NCBI GenBank assembly: GCA_964618265.1
Contig: CAZUAE010000002.1
Coordinates: forward strand, 71,520-135,519
Direction: 5' to 3'
DNA length: 64,000 nucleotides
Source: an uncultured Spirochaetales bacterium
GTDB lineage: Bacteria > Spirochaetota > Spirochaetia > CAYLLE01
Part shown: positions 1 through 10,668 of the stretch, piece after piece
How the letters are laid out: each line of letters starts with the position of its first letter
Position numbering within the stretch: the first letter of the stretch is position 1
Notes under the pieces: model-generated
Told to the model about the DNA's origin: nothing
Database searches by the model: none
The model's input: the letters and a program-made list of their open reading frames with translations, nothing else
Translations under genes and position numbers: made by a program

Positions 1-1
1 A

Positions 2-580
2 GAACTGGCAGGGAAATCCACAGTTTTAAACAAACTTGCAAAGTATGGAGCCTATGATAAAAATTCCCAAGTAGTTCGAAGTCTGGTACAGATATTAAAG
101 AAAAAGGAACAGGATGGGTATGAGTACGAAGCGGCGGAAGCTTCCTTTGATCTTCTCGTTATGAAGTCTCTGAATCGATATACACCTATGATAGAATTAA
201 ACAATTATCATTTAGAATCTTATAAAACATGGGAAACCCCCTCTAAAACCGTCGGCAGAATCTTCCTAAAATGGCAGGATAAGCAGATTATGGGAGCCGC
301 TGTGGGAATCGGCCCGGTAGAAACACTTGATACAGCTATGCGTGATGCCTTGGAACCGCATTATAAATTCATCAAGAATATTGGACTTACCGATTACCGG
401 GTCCGTGTGTTGAATGCAGAAAGAAAAGGCGCGGCTTCTAAGGTGCGTGTTTTCATCAGTTTTACAGACCACAAGGAAAGAACTTGGGATACCGTCGGAG
501 TTAACGAGAATATCGTTGAAGCATCCTGGGAAGCTCTTACTGACGGGTTGGAGTATTATTTCAATAGCTGGGTAGAGTAA
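2..580 (+). CDS. cimA: Citramalate synthase (LeuA/CimA family), 3' part; ORF is open at the window start
   Basis: The frame is open from nt 2 (ELAGKSTV...GYEYEAAEASFDLL). The C-terminal allosteric-domain motifs GPVETLDTAMRDAL, LTDYRVRVL and WDTVGVNENIVEASWEAL are present. Confidence 0.85.
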   Translation, partial: ELAGKSTVLNKLAKYGAYDKNSQVVRSLVQILKKKEQDGYEYEAAEASFDLLVMKSLNRYTPMIELNNYHLESYKTWETPSKTVGRIFLKWQDKQIMGAAVGIGPVETLDTAMRDALEPHYKFIKNIGLTDYRVRVLNAERKGAASKVRVFISFTDHKERTWDTVGVNENIVEASWEALTDGLEYYFNSWVE

Positions 581-592
581 GTTTAAACCCAA

Positions 593-3500
593 TTATACGG
601 TGGCTCTTCCAGCAGCCTCAGGAAGACTCATTACAGAAACCTCACCCCGGGCAAGATATTTGATTCCTTCTACAGCTGCTCTGGCTGCGGAGGTTGTAGT
701 CGTATACGGAATCTTGCGATTGAGTGACTCTATTCTGATGTAATCATCATCCTGCTGTGTATACCGTCCTTTCGGTGTGTTTATCACCAGATCTATTCTG
801 CCGTGCTTCATATGATCCAAGAGATTCGGGTGACCTTCATGCACCTTTAATATCACTTCCGCGAAAACACCATTTTCGTAGAGAAATTGCGCGGTTCCCC
901 GTGTTGCGGAAATGGAAAATCCCATTGATTTCAATTCCTTAACTATTGGTAGAATGGTTTCTTTATCGTAATCATTGACAGAAACAAACACTCTTCCCTT
1001 TATGGGGAGCCTGGTACCTGCTGCCGCTTGTGCTTTCGCAAAGGCCTCACCGAAAGAGGAACCGATACCGATAACTTCACCGGTGGAACGCATTTCGGGC
1101 CCTAGTACCGGATCAACATCCCGAAATCGGTCAAAGGAAAACATCGCTTCTTTAACAGCCCACCCGGTAATACAATAACCTTCCCCTACTCCGGCAATCC
1201 CGGTTTCATCATCGTTTATGAGTCCTTGATCTTTGAGATTTTCGTCTTCCCAAATCCTAACGACCGATTCAACCAAATTTACACCGGAAGCTTTTGAAAT
1301 GAAAGGAATTGTTCTTGAGGCCCGGGGATTTACCTCAAGAATGTAAAGTTCCCCATTTTTTACCGCAAACTGTATATTCAGAAAACCTTTAACCCCTATT
1401 TCACGAGCTATCCGCGCAGCAGCGTGTTTCATTTGATCCGCCATTTCAGGCTGACTAATGTAAGCGGGAAAAACACATGCGGAATCTCCTGAATGCACTC
1501 CTGCAGCTTCTATGTGCTGCATGATACCGGCAATATATACATTACTTCCATCAGAAAGGGCATCTACATCATATTCATAAGCATCTTCTAGAAATTGATC
1601 CACCAAAACAGGTTTATCGGGGGAGATGCTTATACCATGCCCGAGAAAAACCTTTAATTCTTCCGGGTTGTAGGCAATCATCATACTCCTGCCCCCTAAA
1701 ACAAATGAGGGTCTTAAAAGTACAGGGTAACCAATATCTAAAGCAGTATTCTCAACTTCTGTAACCGTTCCGGCCATTCTGTTGTCAGGCTGCCTTAATC
1801 CTAGCTTTTTAAGCAATAGAGAAAATAATCCGCGGTCTTCAGTATCCTGGATGCTTTTTACAGAGGTTCCTATTACGTTTGCTCCCCATTTTTCTAATCT
1901 CTCCGCCATGTTTAACGGTGTTTGTCCACCCAGTTGTACGATGACATCCCGGACATTTTCTTTTTCCATTACCGACATCACATCTTCGTCCGTCAACGGT
2001 TCGATATAAAGTCGATCGGCAACATTGAAATCGGTAGAAACGGTTTCCGGATTTGAATTTATAAGGATTGTTTTTACCCCCAATTTCCGATAAGCCATAG
2101 AGGACAATGTACAGCATGTATCAAATTCCAGCCCCTGCCCTATCCTGTTGGGTCCGCTGGCCAAAATAACTACGGCTTTGCCTTCTACCGGCTTCCCTTC
2201 ATCGATTTCTCCATAGGAGGAGTAAAAATAGGGTGTTGCCGCCTGAAACTCACCGGCACAGGTATCAACAAAGTGATACACAGCATTTATATTTTTTGTC
2301 TTTCGCATAGATCTGATACTTTCTACTTCAGCTCCTGTTAGAGAAGCTATGTATGAATCAGTGAGCCCCATTCTTTTTGCATCGAGTAGTTTTTCAGGAG
2401 AGACTCCCTCTGACTGTATTGATTTTTCAAGATCTGCCTGCTTCTTTAGATAATAAAGAAACCATCTATCATAGCCGGTTACCTGTCCTATGTCGGCTAT
2501 TGCTTCTACCCCATATCTTTTTATTTTCGTAAAGGCCGCTAAAATTCTCCTTGGATGAAGTGTAGCGAGTATCTGATCTATCTCGGAATCCGGCATAATG
2601 AGTTCGGTGATTCCAGGATAACCTATTTCCACGGCTCGGAACGCTTTATTCATGGCCTCCAAAAAAGTTCGTCCTATTGCCAGAGATTCTCCAACCGATT
2701 TCATTTGGGTACCTAACTGAGTATAACCGGTGGGAAACTTTTCAAATTCAAATCTCGGAACCTTCACAGCGACATAATCTAACGCCGGTTCGAAGCACGA
2801 TACAGTTTTCCCTGTTATATCGTTTATGATTTCATCAAGGGTAAAACCCACAGCTAACCGCGCGGAACACCGCGCTATAGGAAAACCAGTAGCCTTACTG
2901 GCTAGAGCTGAGGAACGGGATACACGGGGATTCATTTCGATTACTACCATACGTCCATCTTCGGGATTTACAGCAAATTGTACATTTGACCCGCCGCAAT
3001 CGACTCCTATGGCTCGTAATATTTCTATACCGGCAGTTCTCATCCTCTGATATTCGGTATCGGATAATGTCTGAATTGGTGCCACAGTTATACTGTCGCC
3101 GGTATGAACCCCCATAGGATCTATGTTTTCGATGGAACAAACGATTACAGCATTGTCAGCTTGGTCTCGCATGACTTCCAGTTCAAATTCCTTCCAACCG
3201 ATAAGAGATTCTTCCACCAGCGCTTGATGAACTGGGCTTTCAGCCAATGCACGGTTAATCATATATATAAAATCGTCAATAGTTTGTGCAATACTTCCGC
3301 CTCTGCCGCCCAGGGTAAAGCTGGGACGAATAATTACAGGAAGACCTGATTCATCCACAAAAGCTTTGGCTTCCGTGATATTTCTTACTAAAGCTGATTT
3401 GGGACTCTCTAAACCTATATCGGCAATAATCTCTTTAAAACGGCCGCGGTCTTCCGCTTTATTGATGGATTCGATGTTTGCACCGATAACCTCCACGCCG

Positions 3501-3832
3501 TGCTTACCCAAAACCCCTTCCCGGGCCAGTTCTATGGCAAGGTTCAGACCTGTTTGTCCGCCCATAGTGGGAATAATAGCATCCGGTTTCTCTTTCTTGA
3601 TTATTGCATCGAGATAAGGCACCTCCAGCGGTTCAACGTATATCGCGTCTGCGATACCGGGGGTGGTCATAACTGTAGCAGGATTGGGATTAACCAGAAT
3701 TACTCGGTATCCTTCTTCCTTAAGGGCTCTGACAGCCTGGTTTCCTGAATAATCAAATTCGCAGGCTTGTCCAATGATTATAGGTCCTGATCCTATGATC
3801 AGAATACTTTTAAGGTCGGTTCTTGCGGGCAT
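593..3832 (-). CDS. carB: Carbamoyl-phosphate synthase large subunit
   Basis: Canonical start [30 protein letters not shown], duplicated ATP-grasp halves and a C-terminal MGS domain. The true start is the ATG at 3832; the ORF-track extension to 4099 overlaps carA. Confidence 0.98.
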   Translation of the reverse strand: MPARTDLKSILIIGSGPIIIGQACEFDYSGNQAVRALKEEGYRVILVNPNPATVMTTPGIADAIYVEPLEVPYLDAIIKKEKPDAIIPTMGGQTGLNLAIELAREGVLGKHGVEVIGANIESINKAEDRGRFKEIIADIGLESPKSALVRNITEAKAFVDESGLPVIIRPSFTLGGRGGSIAQTIDDFIYMINRALAESPVHQALVEESLIGWKEFELEVMRDQADNAVIVCSIENIDPMGVHTGDSITVAPIQTLSDTEYQRMRTAGIEILRAIGVDCGGSNVQFAVNPEDGRMVVIEMNPRVSRSSALASKATGFPIARCSARLAVGFTLDEIINDITGKTVSCFEPALDYVAVKVPRFEFEKFPTGYTQLGTQMKSVGESLAIGRTFLEAMNKAFRAVEIGYPGITELIMPDSEIDQILATLHPRRILAAFTKIKRYGVEAIADIGQVTGYDRWFLYYLKKQADLEKSIQSEGVSPEKLLDAKRMGLTDSYIASLTGAEVESIRSMRKTKNINAVYHFVDTCAGEFQAATPYFYSSYGEIDEGKPVEGKAVVILASGPNRIGQGLEFDTCCTLSSMAYRKLGVKTILINSNPETVSTDFNVADRLYIEPLTDEDVMSVMEKENVRDVIVQLGGQTPLNMAERLEKWGANVIGTSVKSIQDTEDRGLFSLLLKKLGLRQPDNRMAGTVTEVENTALDIGYPVLLRPSFVLGGRSMMIAYNPEELKVFLGHGISISPDKPVLVDQFLEDAYEYDVDALSDGSNVYIAGIMQHIEAAGVHSGDSACVFPAYISQPEMADQMKHAAARIAREIGVKGFLNIQFAVKNGELYILEVNPRASRTIPFISKASGVNLVESVVRIWEDENLKDQGLINDDETGIAGVGEGYCITGWAVKEAMFSFDRFRDVDPVLGPEMRSTGEVIGIGSSFGEAFAKAQAAAGTRLPIKGRVFVSVNDYDKETILPIVKELKSMGFSISATRGTAQFLYENGVFAEVILKVHEGHPNLLDHMKHGRIDLVINTPKGRYTQQDDDYIRIESLNRKIPYTTTTSAARAAVEGIKYLARGEVSVMSLPEAAGRATV

Positions 3833-3848
3833 GATGCCTCCTGATAAA

Positions 3849-5009
3849 TCAACTTTCCGCCGATTTAGGTAAAGCCAATTCCAAAAAGGAATCGAATATC
3901 CAACTTGAGTCTCTGGGACCAGGTGCTGCTTCCGGATGAAACTGGGCACTTTTAATATTAAGAGTAGGATTAAAGATTCCCTCAACGGTATTATCATTGG
4001 CATTTCTAAACCAGACTTCTGTTCCGGCAGGGAGTTTGTCCTCCATAATTGAAAAACCATGGTTTTGAGAGGTAACAAACACCTTTTTGGTATACTCATC
4101 CCTCACAGGATGATTGGCGCCATGGTGTCCAAATTTCATTTTGAATGCCTCGCACCCAAGAGCTAACCCCAAGAGCTGGTGTCCCAAGCAAATCCCCGCC
4201 ATGGGAATTTGACCTATCAAACTCCGTATTGTTTCAACTTGGGAATATAATTCTCTCGGATCTCCAGGACCATTAGATATAAGAAGAATATCAGGTTTAT
4301 CTGATAACAATTCTTTCGGACCTGTTCCGCTTGGGTACACCGCAACTTTACAGTGGCGATTAATTAGTTCTCTTAAAATATTGGCCTTTGTTCCGCAGTC
4401 TAAAAGAGCAACATACGGTTCTCCATCAGAATTAAAAACTTTTTTTCCGGAAGTACCAACGTCCCCTATAAGATTTCTTCCTTCCATAGAAGGGAACCAT
4501 TTTATATAAGAAATGGCTTTTTCTATGTCGTTATCATCTAGATCTCCGGAAATCAGCAATCCGTTCGGACTACCGCCTTCCCGGATCTTTAATGTTAGAG
4601 CCCGGGTATCTATTCCTGATATCCCGGGGGTATTATTCATTTTAAGAAAATCGTTAAGACTTTCACGTCCTTCGGGAACCGGACCGTCATAATATTCTCT
4701 AACAACAAAACCGGATGCCTTAACCCCGGAACGTTTTGAACTATTCTCAGGTCCTATTTCACTCCATTCATTGCGGTCTCCGTAATTTCCGATGTGCGGA
4801 TAAGTCATGACAACGATTTGTCCCGTATATGACGGATCAGTTAAAACTTCGTGATATCCCGACATGGCGGTATTAAAAACCACCTCTCCTGCAGATTTAT
4901 CGATAAGTATTTCTCTTGTAAGTTCATCCGCGGTTACGGCAGGAGCTCCAAAACTTTTCCCTCTGAATACCGTACCATCAGATAATATTAAGTAACATGT
5001 ATTATTCAT
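3849..5009 (-). CDS. carA: Carbamoyl-phosphate synthase small subunit
   Basis: [26 protein letters not shown] (catalytic Cys), QFHPEA. Confidence 0.98.
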   Translation of the reverse strand: MNNTCYLILSDGTVFRGKSFGAPAVTADELTREILIDKSAGEVVFNTAMSGYHEVLTDPSYTGQIVVMTYPHIGNYGDRNEWSEIGPENSSKRSGVKASGFVVREYYDGPVPEGRESLNDFLKMNNTPGISGIDTRALTLKIREGGSPNGLLISGDLDDNDIEKAISYIKWFPSMEGRNLIGDVGTSGKKVFNSDGEPYVALLDCGTKANILRELINRHCKVAVYPSGTGPKELLSDKPDILLISNGPGDPRELYSQVETIRSLIGQIPMAGICLGHQLLGLALGCEAFKMKFGHHGANHPVRDEYTKKVFVTSQNHGFSIMEDKLPAGTEVWFRNANDNTVEGIFNPTLNIKSAQFHPEAAPGPRDSSWIFDSFLELALPKSAES

Positions 5010-5023
5010 AGATGATTCCCTTT

Positions 5024-5048
5024 AAAAAAAGCCGGCTGCGGGCCGGCT
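5024..5048 (-). terminator. Rho-independent terminator or attenuator hairpin just upstream of carA
   Basis: Minus strand reads AGCCGGC-CCGCA-GCCGGCT followed by a U-tract, ending about 15 nt before the carA ATG. Confidence 0.75.
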
Positions 5049-5128
5049 CTTTACGATGTCAGCGATTAAGTAAAATGCATGTATATCCTCAAAGAATGAT
5101 AATGATTATTCCAAATCCTTTTGCTCTT

Positions 5129-5200
5129 TAGTCCCTAGGGGAATCGAACCCCTATTTGAAGAATGAGAATCTCCTGTCCTAGCCGTTAGACGAAGGGACC
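5129..5200 (-). tRNA. tRNA-Glu (anticodon CUC)
   Basis: Cloverleaf GGTCCCT...AGGGACT-A; anticodon arm GGAGA-TT-CTC-AT-TCTTC; T-loop TTCGATT. CCA is not encoded. Confidence 0.95.
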
Positions 5201-5205
5201 ATCAG

Positions 5206-5276
5206 CTTCCCGGGGAGGATTTGAACCCCCACAAGCAGATCCAGAATCTGCGGTGCTACCATTACACCACCGGGAA
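5206..5276 (-). tRNA. tRNA-Gln (anticodon CUG)
   Basis: Acceptor stem TTCCCGG/CCGGGAA-G; anticodon arm GCAGA-TT-CTG-GA-TCTGC; T-loop TTCAAAT. Confidence 0.95.
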
Positions 5277-5286
5277 ATCTGGCGAA

Positions 5287-5315
5287 ACGATACTAAATAG
5301 ATGGTGAAAAGTCAA
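5287..5315 (-). promoter_or_regulatory. sigma70-type promoter for the tRNA-Gln/tRNA-Glu pair
   Basis: TTGACT-N17-TATCGT followed by a GC-rich discriminator-like TTCGCC, directly upstream of tRNA-Gln. Confidence 0.6.
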
Positions 5316-5322
5316 GTCCTGC

Positions 5323-6834
5323 CTAATCCTTGTGTCCTGCTGAATCCTTGTAATCATTGCGATAGAGGAGTTCAACCCAATGTATTTTTACTGGTGATTC
5401 AGAAGTAACAGTTACCGTATTAAACCCATGATGGATAATGCTGGGATCTGCCTTAAAAAAATGCATTTCTCTTGGTATGGGATCTTTAATCGGTATTGGC
5501 CGGCTCCGGGTTACTTTATTACCGTTTAATCTAACCTGGAGCTTAGAGCCTTTATCAATTTCGGTTCCTATCATGATATACCAATTGAGCTTGTCTTCAA
5601 TCCTTCCAATATGTATTCTAAAATCTTTGAATACATTCTCCTGCACCTCTGTAGGGAGCATATACCCTTTTGGTGTTCCGGGTATCCATACATCGGTAAA
5701 AGTTACAGGATGTCTTCTGTCTTTACCGGAAAGAGTTTCCAGATTTCCTACTTCCTGAAGCAGTTGCCGATATTCTTCATCATTTTCCATGGAAGTTTCT
5801 GAATCCATGTAATTAAATAGGTAAATGGAATCCGCGCCTCTTGATAACAGAGAAGAAGCTGCTCCTCTGACTGTTTCTAAATTGTTTTTCTGAAGGGGGG
5901 TATAAGAAGGATATGGTCTAATTAATAATTCGAGTCCCGCCGAAATGGAAACGGAGGTGCCGTTCAACAGGTAGCGCCATATTTCCATGGGCATATCGGT
6001 TTCAATTGACCACCAGAATGGTGTTATTACTATTGAATCTATTAAACCATCCTTCGCCCACCGGGGAACATCGAACCCTAGTCCCAAGGCGGTATCCGGG
6101 TGTGACGGAACTCTTACGGAAAGTTTTAACGTATGGTCTCTATGGGATTCTTTTTGAGTCAAAGCATCCTTTACATCTTCTACAAATCGGTTTAGTTGGC
6201 TCTTACCAATTTCTTCATAACCCGGTGCAAAATGATACCCAAAACGCATCCAGTCTAATTCTAAACCATCGAAATTGTAACGATTTATTATTTCTTTGAT
6301 GATTCCTAACTGATAATCTCTAACTTCCTGGTGACGGTAATCCAATGCCCGGTCTGTCCAATCAGTAAATGTATAGTTTATTCGGCGGTATTCCGGATGC
6401 TCCTTCCAAAAAGCGGAATGCATAAAAGATCTTTCATCATCTACATCGTGTACGTCATTCATCCGTACTGATATCCACGGAGTAATACCTTTCTCCCTGC
6501 AGCGATCAATCCATACGGAATACGGATCAATTCCCCGGGCAGCCAAATCCCAAGCTGCATGAACCCATCTTCGTGAACGTTTTCTTTTTTCCGGAGGCAG
6601 AGATGCGAAAAGCTGCTGATCATCAGGTCCATCCGGATTATATCCTTCCCAAACGGGAGAACCTGCTTCGGAATTGTAGGAAGTAGACATAGAATTTACA
6701 CAGAGAAGAAGATCCTTAATTTGAGTGTCAGCATACTGGTCAACCCAGACGATAAGGTCCTCTATTGAGATTCGTCTATCACCCCGGGTGGAAAAAAAAT
6801 GGCTGTTGTCTTCATTCAAACGGATTCCGGACAT
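5323..6834 (-). CDS. Glycoside hydrolase-like TIM-barrel protein (GHL10/DUF187-like), cytoplasmic
   Basis: 503 aa with motifs WISVRMNDVH, FWKEHPEYR, LDYRHQEVR and YNFDGLELDWMR typical of this family. No signal peptide. Start abuts the apt stop (TAG-ATG). Confidence 0.6.
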   Translation of the reverse strand: MSGIRLNEDNSHFFSTRGDRRISIEDLIVWVDQYADTQIKDLLLCVNSMSTSYNSEAGSPVWEGYNPDGPDDQQLFASLPPEKRKRSRRWVHAAWDLAARGIDPYSVWIDRCREKGITPWISVRMNDVHDVDDERSFMHSAFWKEHPEYRRINYTFTDWTDRALDYRHQEVRDYQLGIIKEIINRYNFDGLELDWMRFGYHFAPGYEEIGKSQLNRFVEDVKDALTQKESHRDHTLKLSVRVPSHPDTALGLGFDVPRWAKDGLIDSIVITPFWWSIETDMPMEIWRYLLNGTSVSISAGLELLIRPYPSYTPLQKNNLETVRGAASSLLSRGADSIYLFNYMDSETSMENDEEYRQLLQEVGNLETLSGKDRRHPVTFTDVWIPGTPKGYMLPTEVQENVFKDFRIHIGRIEDKLNWYIMIGTEIDKGSKLQVRLNGNKVTRSRPIPIKDPIPREMHFFKADPSIIHHGFNTVTVTSESPVKIHWVELLYRNDYKDSAGHKD

Positions 6835-7368
6835 CTATTCACCATAATATTCTATTAGAGTATCAATTTTGTAATTCTTAAGGATTTTATTATAATTTAA
6901 GAAGGGTAAGCCGATTACTGCAAATAACCCTGCAACCTCAGACCCCGTGGATTCAATGATATCGATTGTTGCCTTTAATGTTCCCCCTGTCGCAATAAGG
7001 TCGTCCACTACGAGGATTTTTCTTTGTTCTTTTAAATCATCCTTTTTTATTTCAACGGAGTCTTCGCCGTATTCCAATAAATATTTTTGCTTGTATGTTT
7101 CTCCCGGAAGCTTCCCCTTTTTTCTTACCAATATTAAAGGCAGTCCCATTTTATAGGCGAAGGGCGCGGCAAATAAAAACCCCCTTGAATCTATTGCTGC
7201 AACAGCTTCAATGTTTCTTTGTTTGTACAAATCAATCATTCGGTCAATGCAATAGGAGAAAGCTTTAGGATCACTGACGATTCCAGTTATATCGTAAAAG
7301 AGGATCCCTGTTTTGGGGAAATCGGGAACTTTTCGTATTGCTTCATCTAGATTAAAACTATTGTCCAT
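6835..7368 (-). CDS. apt: Adenine phosphoribosyltransferase
   Basis: IRKVPDFPKTGILFYDI, IDSRGF, RKKGKLPG and the PRPP motif VVDDLIATGGT. Confidence 0.97.
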   Translation of the reverse strand: MDNSFNLDEAIRKVPDFPKTGILFYDITGIVSDPKAFSYCIDRMIDLYKQRNIEAVAAIDSRGFLFAAPFAYKMGLPLILVRKKGKLPGETYKQKYLLEYGEDSVEIKKDDLKEQRKILVVDDLIATGGTLKATIDIIESTGSEVAGLFAVIGLPFLNYNKILKNYKIDTLIEYYGE

Positions 7369-7484
7369 TCCTTACCTCCTGGATGAAAACAGTATAAAAA
7401 GAGTTCCGTTATTTGTCTATGTTGTTCATGTGCCGGGGCTTCTAAAATGAAGATTGATGAATTACAATTAGAAACAGGAGAACT

Positions 7485-8447
7485 ATGAAAACGATTATCC
7501 CTATAGTCAGCGGAAAAGGCGGTGTCGGCAAAACAATTCTCAGTGCGAATTTAGGAGTAACCTTAGCAAAAGCAGGAAAGACTGTTATAGTTATCGATCT
7601 TGATCTCGGCGGCAGTAACCTTCATACATGCCTTGGTGTCCGCAACAGATATCCCGGAATCGGCAATTATATCTTTCAAAAGGATAATATATTCGAATCC
7701 CTTATCCTCCCAACAGAACAGCAGCGTTTATTTTTTATTCCGGGTGATTCCCTTATACCGGGAACTGCCAATCTTCCCTATTTTAGAAAATTAAAACTTT
7801 TAAAGGCCATCACCGATCTTGTAGCAGACTATGTAATTTTAGACTTAGGCTCAGGGTCAACCTTTAACACTATCGATTTTTCTCTTTCCTCCTCCTCACC
7901 TGTTGTTGTTATAACTCCGGAGACCACATCAATCCTTAATGCCTATTCCTTTGTTAAATCCTCTCTATTTAGACTGATCTACAGAAGTTTTCCGCCTTCC
8001 AGCCGGGAAAGGGAGATTGTACAGGAATTTATTACTGAAAAAATGGAAGGAACGGAAGATTCAATGGCGACCCTTTCAAATGCCTTGGAAGATTACAGCC
8101 GGGAGGCATCCCAAAAAATAGAAGGTCAGTTAAAGAGTTTCCTTCCCCGTATTGTATTGAACGAAGGGAGAGGGACTAAAGATATAGAAGTTGGCGCAAA
8201 ACTCCGTCGCATTGTACGTAAAAATCTTAAAATTGAAGTTGAGTATATCGGGTATCTTAAGTACGATCCTCTTGTTCCCCGATCCTTAATCCACCGAAAA
8301 CCGGTTACACTCATTGATCCCGGATGCCCCTATAGTGTTTCTGTATTCAACCTCGCTTCCAGGATTATTTCAAAACCGGTACCGAAAACTCCGGCGTTAT
8401 TCGAAGAAAATGAAGATCTCCTCTCGTTAGCAGAGGAAATACAGTGA
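7485..8447 (+). CDS. MinD/FlhG-family P-loop ATPase (paralog 1)
   Basis: Deviant Walker A SGKGGVGKT, DLDLGGSNLH, DYVILDLGSG, ITPETTSILNAY. Confidence 0.85.
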   Translation: MKTIIPIVSGKGGVGKTILSANLGVTLAKAGKTVIVIDLDLGGSNLHTCLGVRNRYPGIGNYIFQKDNIFESLILPTEQQRLFFIPGDSLIPGTANLPYFRKLKLLKAITDLVADYVILDLGSGSTFNTIDFSLSSSSPVVVITPETTSILNAYSFVKSSLFRLIYRSFPPSSREREIVQEFITEKMEGTEDSMATLSNALEDYSREASQKIEGQLKSFLPRIVLNEGRGTKDIEVGAKLRRIVRKNLKIEVEYIGYLKYDPLVPRSLIHRKPVTLIDPGCPYSVSVFNLASRIISKPVPKTPALFEENEDLLSLAEEIQ

Positions 8448-8475
8448 AGATAAAAACGCAGCAAACAGCCCGTCT

Positions 8476-9504
8476 TTATGGATAAGGATGTCTAAGATTT
8501 TTGATACGGGAATATGCCTTAATGGTTAGTGGATCTCGATCACCACGTTTGAAATACCAATATCCCACCCCTGCAATCATAGCGGCGTTATCGGTACAAA
8601 ATTTCATGGGAGGAAATGTTGCGTCGATATCAGACATACCCAACTTCTCCGGTTGCTTCATCGCATCCCGCAGGTAAGAATTAGCTGCAACACCGCCGCC
8701 GAATACAATTTTTTTTATACCTGTATCGTTTACAGCCCGGATTAATCGCTTTAATATCATATCAATAGCTGTTTTCTGAAATGAAGCAGCAATATTTCGG
8801 TCGTTTATTTCTTTTCCTTCATTTTTAAATTGATCAAGCTGATTTATCACTGCTGTTTTCAAACCCGAATAGGATAGATCATAAATGTGGTGCCCCTTGT
8901 GCAGTGAAGGATCAGGAAAAGCAAAGGCCTCCGGGTCACCGGATTTTGCCAGTTTATCAATTACGACACCGCCCGGATATCCTAATCCATAAAATTTTGC
9001 AACCTTATCGAAGGCCTCCCCGCACGCATCGTCAACGGTAGTACCCAGCACTTCAAAATCATCGAATCCTCGAACAATCCCAATGATGGTATGACCGCCT
9101 GAAATGAGTACGCCTAGGTGGGGATACGGTATTTCTTCCGCGAGATGGGGAGCGTAAAGATGTGCTTTTATGTGATCCACCCCAAGGAGGGGAATATTTG
9201 ATGTAAGAGAAAGTGCTTTGGCAAAAGATAGGCCGACTATAAGTGAACCAAGAAGACCGGGACGGTTTGTTACCGCTATTCCCTGTATATCCTGGATTGC
9301 AAGTCCTGCTTCGGATATCGCTCTTCTGTATACATCCAAAATCCACTCGGTGTGTTTTCTGGAAGCAATCTCCGGAACAACTCCTTGATAAGGCTTATGG
9401 TATTCTATCTGGGTGGCAACTACATGAGATAGAATTCTTTTCCCCTCTTGTACCACTGCAACTGAACATTCATCGCACGATGATTCAATTCCCAATATTT
9501 TCAA
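8476..9504 (-). CDS. tsaD: tRNA N6-threonylcarbamoyltransferase
   Basis: ILGIESSCDE, GVVPEIASRKH, HIKAH metal site, SGGHT, DDACGEAFDK, CTDNAAMIA. Confidence 0.97.
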   Translation of the reverse strand: MKILGIESSCDECSVAVVQEGKRILSHVVATQIEYHKPYQGVVPEIASRKHTEWILDVYRRAISEAGLAIQDIQGIAVTNRPGLLGSLIVGLSFAKALSLTSNIPLLGVDHIKAHLYAPHLAEEIPYPHLGVLISGGHTIIGIVRGFDDFEVLGTTVDDACGEAFDKVAKFYGLGYPGGVVIDKLAKSGDPEAFAFPDPSLHKGHHIYDLSYSGLKTAVINQLDQFKNEGKEINDRNIAASFQKTAIDMILKRLIRAVNDTGIKKIVFGGGVAANSYLRDAMKQPEKLGMSDIDATFPPMKFCTDNAAMIAGVGYWYFKRGDRDPLTIKAYSRIKNLRHPYP

Positions 9505-10460
9505 TTATATTCCCCTACTTTAGTTATAATTTCCGATAGAGGTACCACATTATCTCTAATATCTTGTTTTACCAATACCTTTTCTAAAATCCGAGGCAAA
9601 TCAGTACTCCATACATGCCCAATAAGAACTGCCCACCCCTTTTCACGAGCAACTGATAATCCCTTACGTATTTCTTCTTCCATGGATTGCGAATCCTGAT
9701 GATTATCGATAAAAACGGTGCGTTCAATATACGGCACATGATATTTTTGTGCAAATTCTTTAGAGACAGTTTTGGCTGTCGTCCTAGAGTCAAGAAAGAA
9801 AATATCTTTATCAGAAATTGCTTTAAAAAAAAGGTCCATTGTTCGTTTATCGGCAGTTGCGGCTGACCCCATGTGATTGTTGATGCCCTTAGCACCGGAT
9901 ATGGATTTTAAATTATTCTCGATAGTTTCCAATAGTTCGTGTTCCTGCATCTTTCGTGTAATTCCACCGGGACCTATATCATTGCCGTTTTCCGCTTCCA
10001 TAGGAAAATGGAGCATAACCTCTTTGCCGGATCTTTCGATACGTTTTACCGCGGCTTCTGAATATGTTAATCCAGGCAGTACTGCAATAGTTAAATCCAA
10101 GTCAAGTTTCAGGAATAGTTCTAACTGATGCATATTGTAACCTGCATCATCAATTACCACAGAAACGAAAAAATCTCTTTTTTGCTTTTGTTCATCCGGT
10201 GGAAATACCGTTCCATTCTGCTTATGAATTGGGGAATCAATATCCGGTTCCGGTTTATGTTTTTCTTTTATATCTTCTGTATACCCATTAGAAAAATCAT
10301 TATCCTGAGTCTGAATTTGAGTATTAGAATCAGTATTTTTGGGAAGGAGAATAATAATAATGGTAAGGGAGATAAGTATAAGCATAAGAAGCAAAACCAC
10401 CCTATGTATTTTTTTATGGGGGGATTTTACTTTTCTTGTTCTATTTTTTTCCGCGGCCAT
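9501..10460 (-). CDS. Divergent polysaccharide deacetylase family protein, membrane-anchored
   Basis: N-terminal TM helix, then IDDAG, LHFPME, NNHMGS, FLDSRT and LIGH motifs. The stop overlaps the tsaD start. Confidence 0.85.
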   Translation of the reverse strand: MAAEKNRTRKVKSPHKKIHRVVLLLMLILISLTIIIILLPKNTDSNTQIQTQDNDFSNGYTEDIKEKHKPEPDIDSPIHKQNGTVFPPDEQKQKRDFFVSVVIDDAGYNMHQLELFLKLDLDLTIAVLPGLTYSEAAVKRIERSGKEVMLHFPMEAENGNDIGPGGITRKMQEHELLETIENNLKSISGAKGINNHMGSAATADKRTMDLFFKAISDKDIFFLDSRTTAKTVSKEFAQKYHVPYIERTVFIDNHQDSQSMEEEIRKGLSVAREKGWAVLIGHVWSTDLPRILEKVLVKQDIRDNVVPLSEIITKVGEYN

Positions 10461-10508
10461 TGGGAATGTAGAGTATCATAAAAAACAAATTAAGGGAAAA
10501 GCCTGGAG

Positions 10509-10645
10509 TAATTCTCATTTTATACCTTTAGGCAACAGAAAGAGGAATTATTTTAAAAGAAAAGCCGTAAAATAATCTAATAAAATGAGAATTCCCCCTT
10601 CTATATTAGTAAGAAGGCAATTCTAAATTTACCATTTAGAATTGC
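10509..10645 (-). repeat. Dispersed palindromic repeat, full copy (modules C+B+A, inverted orientation)
   Basis: TAATTCTCATTTTATACC...ATAAAATGAGAATTCC (10509-10595) followed by CCTTCT..AGAAGG and GCAATTCTAAAT..ATTTAGAATTGC. It aligns with the reverse complement of 20171-20308. Confidence 0.9.
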
Positions 10646-10668
10646 TGAAAAGCCTGGTTCATAGTAAT

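Noticed and set aside
757-3748. Numerous 60-100 aa antisense or alternative-frame ORFs inside carB (and similarly inside PBP1A, clpA, cfpA and others)
   Set aside because: They are shadows of long conserved genes, with no motifs or RBS support.
3833-4099. 89-aa N-terminal extension of carB in the ORF track
   Set aside because: It overlaps the carA 3' end in another frame and has no CarB-like content. The canonical MPARTD start with an SD (GGAGG) is at 3832.
5150-5180. Similarity of the tRNA-Glu anticodon arm (AGATTCTCATTCT) to the repeat terminal IR (GAATTCTCATTTT)
   Set aside because: The match is short and AT-rich, and the rest of the repeat has no tRNA-like structure. It is probably chance.
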